DNA of 64,000 nucleotides from Octopus sinensis (taxonomy: Eukaryota). The position numbers and the translations under genes were made by a program. Below are positions 39,031 through 52,419 of this stretch, one piece after another. Location: assembly GCF_006345805.1 (NCBI RefSeq), contig NC_042998.1:71362001-71426000 (forward strand), written 5' to 3'. Within the stretch, counting starts at the first letter, position 1, and each line of letters opens with the position of its first letter. The notes under the pieces are model-generated. The model made no database searches. It was not told the origin of the DNA and saw nothing but the letters and a program-made list of their open reading frames with translations.

Positions 39031-40494
39031 ATGGCGATATCTTACATAACGTATTCTCAATGTAAAAACAGAGGGGAGACAAACAGAAGTTCCCTAATTC
39101 TTCATCAGTTATCGACCAATTAGTAAAATTCAGTACAGCACCTTTAACGATAAGACTGAGTGCTTCCCAGTTGGTACTGACCGCAATAAGAAGTTTTCTT
39201 GCGGAGAATTAGAGGCAAGAGCAAACAAAACGAAAGAAGGAAAATGACACAGAGTGTGATTTAGGACAGTGGACGAAGACGAACATTCAAACAAAATACG
39301 GTCGTGGGGCCAAGGAAATGAGAATGGTGGGTAATGCTTAGAAACTGTTTTGAAGGACAACTAACGGACAGACAGAGAATTTGCGACTGGTCAGATACGT
39401 GGCCAGTGTAAGACTAAGAAGAAGTGAGGGAACAGGACGCTGGTCACGTGACAACAGCAGGCAGAGGAGAAAGGCAGCAATGAGAGGGAGCAACAGAGAA
39501 AAAGAGTAAGTAGAAAGGTTAGAACAGAATGTATGTATGTATGTATGTATGTATGTATGTATGTATGTATGTATGTATGTATGTATGTGTGTGTATATGT
39601 GTGTGTGTGGTGTGTGTGGGTGCGTGTGTGTTTGCATCTACCCCACTTCACCGCTTCTCAACTGTTATTGTTGCATTTACGCGCTCGTAACTTAGCGGTA
39701 CGGCAAAGGCATCGATAGAATATGTATCAGGCTTCAAGGGAAAAAGTACTGGATTTTTTCGAGTGCAGTTCCATTTACTTATGTATAGCCAAACAAACGC
39801 AAGTCTATACAGAATGCAACCATCGACTATGAAGTTACAATTAATCAATATCAAATAACCGTACATTGTATTTATGCTAAACAAAAATAAGAAAATGTAA
39901 TTGGAATTGAAAATTAGTGTCAATCATGTTAAATGTACGAAATTAATTATATTTCTTACTTCTTCTTCTGTGTAGTAATGAAAGAATTGTTTACTTCAGA
40001 GAGCGTTTATATAGAAAAAAAATTGGAATATTTACCCGCTTGCTTCAGTTAAATACAACCTATGAAATTAATCAACTTCGATTCAACCAACTTCACTGAA
40101 TTATCTGTACGTGTGCATCTACTCACAGATATACAAACACAGACAGACAGACACGCACGCGCAAACACACATACATTGTTGTAATAATGAAATCAAAACA
40201 AATAATGATATTTTGAAGTCATATGATACGCACAATTCAGGTTTGCGTAACGTATGATAGAAAATACATCAATTTCGTTAACCTTCAGTTAACGCATTTC
40301 ATATCTCTATTACCAATAGTAAACAGCAAATCGTTTACTCTAGAAAATGTAATGAATTTCATATAATTCTCATGGCTGACACTAAATACTTTATAATTTC
40401 CCTTCCTTATTTCTTGAATATAACTATGATAATGTTACTTAATAATGTAATCGAGTAAGCTCCTTCCCGAAAATTGCTGGCCTTATTACGCATA

Positions 40495-40680
40495 AGGCAG
40501 GCAGCTAGCAGAAACGACAACACTCCGGGCTAAATGTCAAGAGGCATGTTGTCTGCATTTACTTTCTCAGTTCCATTGCCATCGGGTGGGCTTTGCGTTT
40601 CATTCTTTCGAAGTAGATATAATAAGTACTGAGGGTCCATGTATTCGACCTATTGCCTACTCTGAAATTGGTGGCCTTCA
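40495..40680 (+). mobile_element. Decayed SINE (family of 58115-58300)
   Basis: gcagctagcagaaacg..actccgggc.aaatg head and ctttgcgtttcattctttcg..aataagtac body match the family. Confidence 0.5.
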
Positions 40681-40747
40681 TACATAATTAATCTACTTAT
40701 TCTGACTTACAAACGAAGACAACCAATGAGTGTATGAACTATGACAT

Positions 40748-40785
<38 letters not shown>

Positions 40786-40786
<1 letters not shown>

Positions 40787-42310
40787 AGTCAGTAAAAGGT
40801 GTGTTGTGTTAACCGCACGTAGAGAAATGATAGGAAAGGAAAAATATTAATGATAAGGCAGAATGCTAAACTGAAAGCAAATTTTAATATAAATGGGTGT
40901 AAGAAAGATTAGAAAAGGGACCAAACCCGCTTTCATTGCAATGTTTTTAAAAAGAAAATAATAAATATATACAAAAAATTAATGAATAAGTATATATAAG
41001 TTGGATATTTATGTTTTGACACATAAAAATATAACCTTCTCGAACAAAACACTACACTAAAACACATGCATCGTAATACTTCAAAGTTTTTCCATGGAAT
41101 AATATTGAACTTTAAAAGTTTAAAAGCACTATGATGCATTGTCTACTTATTTATTAATTTCTGTATATATTTATTGTTTTTTGAAAAACATTCGTTATGA
41201 AATTTTTCCCCTTCCACATCATGAATTTTTTCCCTTTCCTCATCTTGAAAATTTGCCTTGCAATGAAATCGGTTTGATTTCCAATTTTTAATCTTTCTTA
41301 TAACCATTTATATTAAAATGTGCTTTCAGTTTAGCATTATCCCTTATTATTTTTTCCTTTCCTATCATTTCTCCACGTGCGGTTAACACAATCCCACCAT
41401 TTACTGACTTGTACCTTCTACCACACGTGTGATACAGCTTGCCACCTAAAAACAACACCACACTTCCAGAGAAAGTCACCAAAAAAACCATTCGAAAAGA
41501 ACTCAAACTACTTAATATACACCTACTTACACTTTCCAACAAAATTGACGAACTTCTCCATGAAACCCGGGATACCTAAGAAAACAACCCTCATCAACAA
41601 CTTTCGGTTAAGATTAACGAAAACCTAAATGAAATTAGCGCTACACTGAAAACTTTACTTACCAACTTATCATCGAAAGAACTCATACACCACCCAACAC
41701 ACTTAAACTCCAGCACAACACATTAGATCAACACTACCTGGTCCAAGAAACTACACAACAGAAAACTTCTCTTCTGGAAGATGCTTAAAAACCACAACAA
41801 AGCTGAAATTTACAACAAATGGTTAAACTCTCCCTCCATCATACTACCCCGTAAATTCCAAATTAAACACAACCCAGACGAACCAGAACAACAACGCTCC
41901 CGAAGAGAAAAACTAACGTTGGAGAGAATGAAAACTGAAGTAGAACTTTCAAACTCAGAAAACAAAACCACGAACAAAAATACACAAAAATAGACGATGA
42001 GATACTTTTGGAACCTACCTCACACACCCATGAACAATCCCTCGAACATGTCATTAAACTATGAATATGAAAAGGGAGAACGAACTTCCCTTAAACGCTG
42101 GGAAAACAACTATAATTTCTTCCACAGTTATGAAAAAAACTTCATAGTAAACCACAAATCCAGAAACCCATTCGTAAAAGACCCTCATAACATACTGCCA
42201 CTGCCCCCTATAAATACCCTCCCCAAACCACACCTCAAACACACATACTCTTCAACAGAACACAATCTCTCCCAACCCTACAAAAAGCACTTTCCTCCCC
42301 GATAAAATTC
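40786..42310 (+). mobile_element. Penelope-like element 5' part: inverted pLTR plus degraded N-terminal ORF
   Basis: 40786-40991 is a diverged reverse complement of 41144-41410 (the right arm has a 65-bp extra segment). It is followed by a protein-like ORF remnant (FWKMLKNHNKAEIYNKW..ILPRKFQIK..LERMKTEVEL). Left flank is (TA)n. Confidence 0.55.
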
Positions 42311-43049
42311 AAAGAAAACGCACCGCAAAACCTGGATTAATTCGGAACCATGTGGTTCGGAAGCAAGCTTCTTACAACCAACCCACACCTGCGACTATTC
42401 ACTTGTAATAATTAGTTGCAAAAATGGAGGCGGTATTGTTCTTTCCGAAGTAAAACTATAATAAAATTAAATGAAATCAAACCAAGCAGCTCTGTTTAAA
42501 ATAATTTGCGATCATATTTATTAAACACCTTCGTGTAAACTCAAACGTACAAATCTTTTTACTTTGACAAATCTCTCAGTGGAAAATTTCCCTTCCAGAA
42601 CCTTTGTGTGAAAAATAAAAAGAAAAAAACTGAACTTGACAAGAAAAAGCGTTTCTGATTCGCTACAAATCCCTAGGTCGTAGCCAATGATGGACGATTT
42701 TTTAATGGAGAGAAAACTCGCAGTTCATTTTTGACTTCTAACCTATGAAGTGTTTGTGATTCCGCAATAGGATTTATTTGCGCGGTGTGGTTGAATATAT
42801 ACATATTGTATTTATTGCATGTAACACACATATTCATAAAAACGTTATTTTGGTAATCTACTTGCTGTTGTTTTTGTTGTTGATTTTCTTCTTCTTCTTC
42901 TTCTTTCTTCTTCTTCTTTTTCTTCTTCTTCTTCTTCTTCTTCTTCTTCTTCTCCTTTCTCCTTTCTCTTCTTCTTCTTTTTCTTCTTCTTCTTCTTCTT
43001 CTTATTATTATTATTCCTAATTATTATTATTATTATTATTGTTATTACT

Positions 43050-43476
43050 TTTTTTTTCTTCTTTCAAATTTTCTTCCATTTCTTGCCGAGTGTCTTCCGA
43101 CTCCTAGGCAAAGAAACTCATTGTGTATATTGGTAGGCCATTAAACCAAACTCAGTAGTTCGTTCATTTAAAAAAAAAATTTTTTTTTAAAAGTTAAATT
43201 AAAAATACATGAGCAACAAACAGTTTCTCACATCGACAATGCTCTTCTCAATACGTGTGATGTACCAGTTAAGACAATCAATGGGGATCATTCTCATATA
43301 TTTTCGGTTCCTTCTTGATCATCCTATGCTCCTACATCACTGGTATTGTAACCGCCTTGAGATGCCACATTTTCTCAATTTCAATGAGTAGGTCTTTATA
43401 TTTTCTGAGCTTGTCAAACTCTTTCGCTGAGATATTATGATCACAGGGGATGCGCATGTTGATCAATAAGCAAACT
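43050..43476 (-). mobile_element. R4/Dong-clade 3' end
   Basis: Minus strand gives CLLINMRIPCDHNISAKEFDKLRKYKDLLIEIEKMWHLK..LTGTSHVLRRALSM. Flanked on both sides by TTA/TCA repeats. Confidence 0.8.
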
Positions 43477-43527
43477 TTATTAATCATCATCATCATCATC
43501 ATTATTATTATTATTATTATTATATTA

Positions 43528-43561
<34 letters not shown>

Positions 43562-43582
43562 TAATCATCATCATCATCATCA

Positions 43583-43643
<61 letters not shown>

Positions 43644-44306
43644 CATCATCATCATCATCATTATTATAGCAAGTATTATAAATTCATCAGGTGTTATATT
43701 GCTTTCTGAAATATATTACTGATCTGATACACTATCTGGATGAGTCATAGAGACAATTAGATGTAAATTATTCTACAGGGACCGGCACATACAAGAGCAA
43801 TATTGGGAATATACTGCAGCAAATAATTTTTTCTTCTATGACTACCTAAACCATTCAGCATGTGGGCCCTCAATAATGTCATCAGGCAGCCTAGGAACAG
43901 AAGAAACATCTCACTCAGAACATTATGTCTTTTCAAGGACATATAGGATAATGTAGACCTTCAAAATTATGATGGATTGACCAAAGTGTGAATGATTTGT
44001 GAACTAGTTTTATTTTATTTTATTATTAAATATATCTTGTAATAAGGTGACTAACTACATACACGCAGGTGGGTAACTTTATCGCATATATATACATCTA
44101 TCCATACATTCTTCTATTCTTTTATTATTATTTTTTTGTTTCAGTCACTCGATGGCAGCCTGTCTGGAGAACCGTCCTGAACGATTTTAGACCATCAAAT
44201 CAACACTATGACTTATTTCTTAAGCCCAGTTTTTGTTCTATCGTCACGCTTATTCGCACACAGACACACGCACATACATATGCATACACACACACGCATA
44301 TATATT

Positions 44307-44440
44307 TTTCTTTATTGCCCACAAGGGGCTAAACATAGAGGGGACAAACAAAGTCAGACAAAAGGATTAAGTCGATTACACCGACTCCAGTGCGTAACTG
44401 GTACCTTATTTATCGACCTCGAAAGAATGAAAGGCAAAGT
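44307..44440 (-). mobile_element. SINE 3' half with a Tx1-like 3' tail
   Basis: Minus strand has SINE body actttgcctttcattctttcgaggtcgataaataaggtaccag, ending gtttgtcccctctatgtttagccccttgtgggcaataaagaaa. Confidence 0.7.
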
Positions 44441-44444
44441 GTAT

Positions 44445-44720
44445 ATAGTGAGAACTTACAGAAAACAAAAATTAGTTTAACTCCCGGGAAGTGCGAAAGC
44501 CTTTTACCGTTTCGAGCGTACGCTCTTCCACAGAAAGGAACACAGAAATTAATAGGGTGAGACAAAAAAAATGTTTAGTGGCTAGCCATCTATCATGGCG
44601 AAGGCAAGACAGAGTTGTTATACAGGAGAGCTAGGAAGAAGGGGAGATAATAGAGTAGTGGTGTTCCCATAACCACAGGTGTCTTTCGGCTAAGGACGAA
44701 TTAAATTAAGCTGGCGTGTG
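44445..44720 (-). mobile_element. PLE-like pLTR remnant
   Basis: Its 3' end is homologous to 6940-7050. It contains the hammerhead-like motif and abuts (TA)n. Confidence 0.55.
44500..44538 (-). ncRNA. Core-variant minimal hammerhead ribozyme candidate
   Basis: Minus strand reads CCTTT-CTGTGGAA-GAGCgtacGCTC-GAAA-CGGTA-AAAGG. Stem I is 5 bp, stem II 4 bp, stem III AC/GT, with a GUA site. The core deviates from CUGANGA. Confidence 0.45.
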
Positions 44721-44751
44721 TGAAATATATATATATATATATATATAGATA

Positions 44752-44785
<34 letters not shown>

Positions 44786-44888
44786 CATGTATGTACATGC
44801 AAGTATATCTATAGGTGTATGAGAAGGGTATATGCGTGTGTGTATGTAAATATATATGTTACTTATTTGATCTCTCTCTCTCTCTCTT

Positions 44889-44953
<65 letters not shown>

Positions 44954-45808
44954 GTGTGTGTGGTGTTTGTGTGTGGGTGGGTATGTATGTAGGACGTATA
45001 TGCATGTATATATATATGTGTAGATACATGCATATGTTTATGTATATGTGTATATGTATGTGTGAGTGTATCAGCAAGTGTCTATGTATATATATATATA
45101 TATGTAGGCGTAGCGATGTGTGTGATTCACCCTCGGGAATATAGACGTGAGCGAGTCAGACTGTCTGCGAGCTGCCCTAGTCTCGAGGTGAGTTTGACGA
45201 TAAACTCTTCATGTGGTTATCTTTCAACCTTAAATTATACGAACTACAGCTGACATTGGTCGTATGGGCCGGTGGGCCCAAGTCCCTTGTGTGACTGCAT
45301 GTACAAGTGTTTGTGCGTATATTTCTATACGCATCCTGATATAAGTTAGCTAGGTAGACAACTTTACGCCCGTAGACATTAGAGCTTGCATATATATTTC
45401 TCCCTTTTTTCGTCTAGTACCGTTCCTCTGTTTTAAACCCAATGTAACTCAATCCAACCGTGTCCATTCATTAACCCCCTCTACAAACCCTCTTTTTTAA
45501 ATCGCCCATTATTTGTCTATATTTACAAGCGTTTGCAACTCTTGTTAAAAAAATTAATAGTAATTGAAAATTGTAGCGATGCTTAATTCTCTAACCAGAT
45601 AGGCATATAACATAACACCCACTTGAAGAAAACAGCACTGTTTGGAACCGCTCGAATACTCCGGAAGGTGCTCGAAAAATACGAGGTGTTATCTTAGTTC
45701 ACAGGTAGCGAACAGCTGACACTGTAGTAAATCTCCAGCGTTAGAAGCTGTATAAAGGCAATGATGATGATAATGATGATGATGATAATAATAATAATAA
45801 TAATAATA

Positions 45809-45897
<89 letters not shown>

Positions 45898-45901
<4 letters not shown>

Positions 45902-46280
45902 GCTTTCTAATTGATGTATCAATACCGGCAGATGACAACGTGTCTCTAAAAGAAATGGAGAAACTTTCAAAATACAAAGACCTGGAAATGGAGGTAACCA
46001 GAATGTGGAATCTAAAAACAGAAACAATCCCTATCATAGTAGGTGCATTAGGCATGATAAAAAAATATTCAGACAAATACATAACAAAAACACCAGGACT
46101 TACAACACATATAACATACAGAAAATTGCACTACTAGGCACTGCACACATCCTACGCAGAACACTTTCCATACAATAACCATCAGAGCATCACAACAAAT
46201 CACAGCACATACCCAAGGCACACAGAGCTGCGCTCGGTAGTGAAGTGAAAGCACGCTATAAAAAATAAAACTACTGAATA
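45898..46280 (+). mobile_element. R4/Dong-clade 3' end embedded in (AAT)n
   Basis: KCFLIDVSIPADDNVSLKEMEKLSKYKDLEMEVTRMWNLKTETIPIIVGALGMIKK..LGTAHILRRTLSIQ. Same family as 33985-34400. (AAT)n on both sides. Confidence 0.88.
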
Positions 46281-46366
46281 ATAATAATAATAATAATGAC
46301 AATATTTTTTTTTGTAAAGCGTACACTTTATTCATTCACACAGTTATAAGGAAATCAGCTCGTTAA

Positions 46367-46586
46367 CCCTTACGTTACCAATCCGGCTGAAACTGGCTCT
46401 GGCTCTCAGTACTAATGCCTTGTATTCATAAGTTCTGAACGAAAATCTTTCACCAAACCTTTGTCACAATTTATGTTCCTAACACTAGCTTAATGATAAA
46501 TAAGTTATTTTACCAAATCATTTGTTATATTTAAAGTAATTGAAAGAAACACACATCATCTCAAAATAAATACATTAAGAAAAGGG
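46367..46586. mobile_element. piggyBac-type MITE (220 bp)
   Basis: TTAA|CCCTT...AAGGG|TTAA ends with a TTAA target-site duplication (46363-66 and 46587-90). Non-coding. Confidence 0.75.
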
Positions 46587-47173
46587 TTAAAACACTCAGA
46601 CTGCTACCATACTGAACCAAGTGTTAACTTCCTCTCTCTCTTTGTCCCTCTGTTTTTACCCCCACTCTGCCTCCTATCTCTATCTCTCTCCCACCCTCTC
46701 CCTCTCTTTCTCTCCCTCTTCAATATTTATGAAGATTATTTGTTGACATCGTAAAAATCCTCATTCAAAATCACAGCCACAGACTAATTCAAGTATTATG
46801 CTAGTCTTTCGTTATATTCAGACTAAGTTGAAACGCTTGTCCTTCCTTCTTTCCATAAATGTTAAATTTCTAATATTACACTTTATTTATCCATGCAGTC
46901 ATATGGAAACCAGTTCTTTAAAACACCCAGTCAGATTCACTTATTCCCCAACACCAAATTCAACACCCTGTGTATCTAGCCAATTAAACGGAATAGTGGA
47001 TATTTGAGCAATACGTTCGTGGATAGTTGATGGATTAGATTAGGTGCTGACGAAATGGAAATAACCTTTCAAACATGCATATACATCCTTTATAATTTAT
47101 AAGATAAACTTAAGCATGTACTTATCTGATTGTTAACACAAACTGAGGCACATTGTTGTGTTGTAAACCAGTG

Positions 47174-47288
<115 letters not shown>

Positions 47289-47319
47289 ATATATATATTA
47301 TATATATATATATATATAT

Positions 47320-47391
<72 letters not shown>

Positions 47392-48324
47392 GTAGCGTAT
47401 TACGGTTTCAAAACAAAATACTCCGGCCTAGCCAGCAATTAAATAAATACAGTTGATATTAATTTTACAAATCTGCAGGATGAACAAACGGAATTATGAT
47501 ATGATCTCTTAGAAGAATATATACTGCTAGGTTTTTAATATGAAACTCTGATTAGAAATCACAGAACAGAGGAAAGGAGAGTGTCATGCATTTAAACATC
47601 TCCGAAACACATTGTGATAAAGAATGAACCGAGAGATTAATGTGGAAAGCGACGTTATTGAAGCGTCACTCTATGTTCTCTTATTTTTATATACTTCTTA
47701 CATATAATTCTAATACGATTTTTAATTTCAAAATTATTATATATTTATTTCCTTAACTCTTATTATAATTTATTTCACAATATTTCGACCTCACCTAATC
47801 TAAATTTACAATCATTATTTTGCGTTGACATTAATAAAGTAAATGCCATAAACCTCACATTACATCATTTATAATTAAGTTACAACAATTCAGATGTTAT
47901 TCTATATTTCCGCCTATTTCCATTTATCGTTTCGCATCATTGTTTTTATGCTCTAGTTAAAAGAAACCAGCGAAACGATACTCATATTTTATTGATATGA
48001 TGTATTTGTATAAAATATCAATCAAATTAAACTTCCGATTCACTTAGTCAATTTCTAATAAACGTAAGTTTTGCATCAGCATAATGCAACTCTAGTTCGT
48101 GACATCCAGAGTTCGAGACAAGTAGAATATCATGCAAATGCATCATTGAACATGTATCAGCTAGAACTATGGGAGGTCAATCATGATATATTATGAGTAA
48201 CTCAACAAGTTTCTGCAAGGTCTTCAGCAAGGTGTCTCGATCAGCTCCAAGCACTACGCAATTCTACCACTTATTGGATACTGAATTAGATCTATTAGAT
48301 AATTGTTTCAAATGTTTGGAGTCA

Positions 48325-48497
48325 GTAATTTTGAGGAAGGGTTAGGTTGATTAAATCGACCCCAGTTCTCAACCTACCAACCCCGAATGGATGAAAGTAA
48401 AGTCAACTTCGACGGCATTTGAACTAAGAGGGTGAGGGCAAAGAAAATGCCACAAAGCTTTTTGTTCGGCGTGTTGACGATTCTGCAAGCTCGCCGT
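48325..48497 (-). mobile_element. SINE copy (family of 58115-58300)
   Basis: Minus strand has ggcgagcttgcagaatcgtcaacacgccg head and gttcaaatgccgtcgaagttgactttactttcatcc body. Confidence 0.6.
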
Positions 48498-51400
48498 CTT
48501 CGGGCCATTAGATAATGCAATCTGTAATATAAAAATGCGTATTGGCCCTCCTTGTAATGTCTTCATTATAAGTCCACAGCTGATTACTAGAAAAGAAGGC
48601 CCGATATTGATCGCAAGATATCCCATATAGTTTTTCTAATATCAGAAGGTATACAAGTTGTACAGCTAAATAACTATTCGTCGGGGAGTAGCATGTAGAT
48701 GAAACGTTAATATAAGGCCACCAGTCTAACGCGAATTTACATCGTATTACATATCCTCAATGTTATATTTCACTAGACAACCTACTCAACAGGCACGACC
48801 TTTCTAACTGTAAACGTCTAGTCAGAAACGTTAAGTGTAACCACTACTACCGAGAAAACGCTATAAGGCTGTCTCTTGTTTGGTTGTTATGCAGTACAGT
48901 GTTTTTTGTGTGTATTTTACCTTAATATATACATACTTGCCTGAGCGTTTCTTCATACACTATTTCAAAACAATACCTATTGTCACGGCGTGAATTTACA
49001 TGTGTAATAACAAATTCCACAGTGTAATAAATGCCCATTAAAATCAATATTATTTAAATATTGATTGAAATTACTTTCCAGTGATATTAAGAGGTATGTT
49101 GTGAATGAAAACTTATAGAAACAAATATATATTTTATGAAGGATATAATTTAAATGGAAGAAATCAAAATTGTTTCATTAAATCCACCGTTCCTGAAAAT
49201 GTCAAAGAATCTTTCCGCATATAAATTGCCTAACATTTCACGAATGACAGATAAAAAATATGAAACCAGTATAAAAAATTGCCAAAGTGTATCGTGTTCA
49301 TATGGAACAATAAGTTATTTAATCGACGTCGTCTTTGTATTGTGACTACCAAGAAATACCATAGTAGAATGGGTATAAAATGTATATTCCCATTTTTGTA
49401 ACTGAGGACTATTGGAATCCGTGTCTCATTTATGGATTGACTATTTTGGGATTTCTTTTGTTTATTGCTTATTTTGCGGAAATACCATAAAATACATGAG
49501 GTTGCCTAAAATGTAGGATTATTAGATATAGAAGAAATGATAAAAATCTAATACTATATATAATGAAATAAATGTATTACTTTATAACTAATATTTCTCA
49601 TAAAATACAGGATTAATAACTTCTAAAAATGGGCATGCATTTTCATAGTGTAGCACCATTATAGGCTACTGGTCACACTTTAACAAATACTTGTTTATTT
49701 TGATTGAGTGAGAAACCCCCATATATTTTGTTTGATATATATTTTGAACAGCAGTTGCAATCGCGCATTTGTGTTGATATTTTACCACCAGTAATGAAAA
49801 TCAAAACATGTCCTGTATGATTCAAGGAAGAAGCCTGCATGTCTTACTCTTGTAGCAATATTGTTTTCTTCATTGCTATCTTTACTGTTTGAGAAAAATA
49901 TTAAGAATGATCTCGTTTGAGATTACAAACATCTTTGGCTAGTTTAACTTTGTTGTGTCCACTATTTTGATTGGTTAGCATCTAAGCGCGGTCTGTCTCT
50001 CTACTTATTTCGCGCCAGTGTGTAAACTGACCAATCACGGCTTTCGGATAGGACTTTTCATTTGAGCCATCTTAACTCTTTAAACGGGCTGATATATCAC
50101 GATTCACTGTCTTTTGGCTTAAGACCTTTTAAGGTCTTGGTTGGAGACCACACAGAGCTTACTCAGCCATGTTCCAGTTCGAAAGGCAGACGACAGCCAA
50201 GCCAACCATAATATAAAGACGCTATTGTAAACCAAGCGACAGGCATAACGTCATCACCAATATCGTCTCCATCTACGAAGATTTAACTTGTACACAAGAT
50301 AAGTACAGATTCAACTCATGCTGTTAGTGTGAAAATCTCACCACGGAAAAACAGAGAAAAATATGCACAACAAGTGACTCAACTAATCTCAGCTTCGAGA
50401 CTCAAATCTTGTATAGAACTCATTATCGTGTACTACATGAACTGGTAAAATAACTCTAAAGTAACTTCATTTAAACTCAAAATGTTGAGACTTCTCTCAT
50501 GCTCTGTTGTATTTGCATAAACCTTATTTTGTACTTCTTTCGCACACACACGAATACACAGACACGAATATTATAAGCATGCATTCATGACACAGTACTA
50601 CGCTAATAATAACAAATCACTTTGTACATTGTGAATAAAATCTATCTTCTCTTTATAAAAGTAGAACGGTTTTTGGAGTCCTTATTTCATATACTTTGGC
50701 ACTGTTTATAGACACTATTACATTATGTTATGTTATGTTGGAATGCGGCCGGACGCTGTAGAACAAGAGGATAAATATGTCACCGAAACTCCCCACGTAC
50801 GGTCGTATTCAAACACTCTCAACATATTAATATAACAGAATTAACGTTTCGATATATCGTCAATTCCTATATCTCGAGTGCAATCATCGATTGTTGGATA
50901 CTCAATAACTAGCGTATGACATGACAGTGTTGCAAGATTCATGATAACTTCATATGAATTCATTTGAAATATTATACTATTCATAAAGGATTAAGTTATA
51001 ACATCGAGTAAAATTAGTTTATAACGTAACTTCTGTCAAACAGTTATTCCAATTTAGCTGCAATTACAAAATGTTAATTGTACGTTGTCATGACATGCTG
51101 TAAAATCTATTATGTTATGTTACAAATATGTGTATTTCATGTACAAATTCTATTTATCAAGCCCAAGAATTGACATTTATTGTTTAAAAATTAGTTAACG
51201 TGCATATAATGATAAATAGCGAAACCAATAACAATTTGGGAGTGAGAGATACATACATACATACATACATACATACATACATACATACATACATACATAC
51301 ATACATGCATACATACATATCGCGAGAGAGAGAGACGGAGAGAGAGAGGAACGGAGGAGGGAAAAGGTAAAATTTTGGGAAAAGTGAGAGTGGTAAGAGA

Positions 51401-52419
51401 GATTAAGGTTTATGAATGTTGTCTAAGGTTATGCGTTGCATAAATCTACATAAGAGTCCATAGGCTCAAGATATCTCCCATTTACATACGCGAACTTAAT
51501 ACGAAGAAAATATACACATCGATATATGACATAATATTCTCCAGTTATCTCTGGTTTCAATATTCCTTTCACCATCCTAGAATCGATAAGAATTCTGACA
51601 CGTAGAAGAGTAAACTAAAGAAATATAACTTGTATTTCTATATAATTATGCCTGCATATAGACAGACATGCATATATAACCAGAATTGTCGTTCTTATCA
51701 TTGCTTCATTTCATTATTGCTTTTATTGTTTACGTTCTTATTATTATTGTTACACAATTACAGCTGCGTCGTTTGCTGTATCATCATCATTGCCAGTGCA
51801 TAAACATACACAGATGCTTGTATATGCATTCGCACGTATGTTGCTTATTAACTGCTTATCTTTCATTTGTATTTCTATTTCAATTGTCTTATGGGGTGCA
51901 TACTTACAATGGAGGCTCTATAAGGAGTATCTTCTGATTGTATCTATTGCGAGCCGTTATGTATAGCCGATGAAATGAAGTATTATGTAGTCAAAGCCAG
52001 TGTCATTTTCCCTTATGATTGCTGAGTTATTTGTATTACGTCATAGACCACTCTCAAAAACGGATGGCCCGTGTGTACGCGTAGCGGTGGGAGTTTGGCA
52101 ACGTTTGCATCAGAGCCAAACCTTCAATAGTTTAAAGGTAATAGGTCGAGCGCATCTAATCATTAGTATATTTCTTTTACTCTCTAGTGTCAGGCATTAA
52201 ACCCCAGACATGCTGGGCCACTCCTTCAAAGGTTTCGGACAAAAAACAAAATCGACCCCTGTACTTATCTTTAACCGTAGTACATCAATCGGTTTCTTTT
52301 AACCCAACCGTTAAGTTTCAGGATGTAAACAAACCCACACAGTTCCTCAAGCCGCAATGGAAGACACGAATAAAGGCAAACACACACAAACAAAAATATA
52401 CATATATAACTACGTACAT

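Noticed and set aside
39130-39480. Possible RTE-like LINE 3' remnant
   Set aside because: The similarity is too weak and fragmented to support a call.
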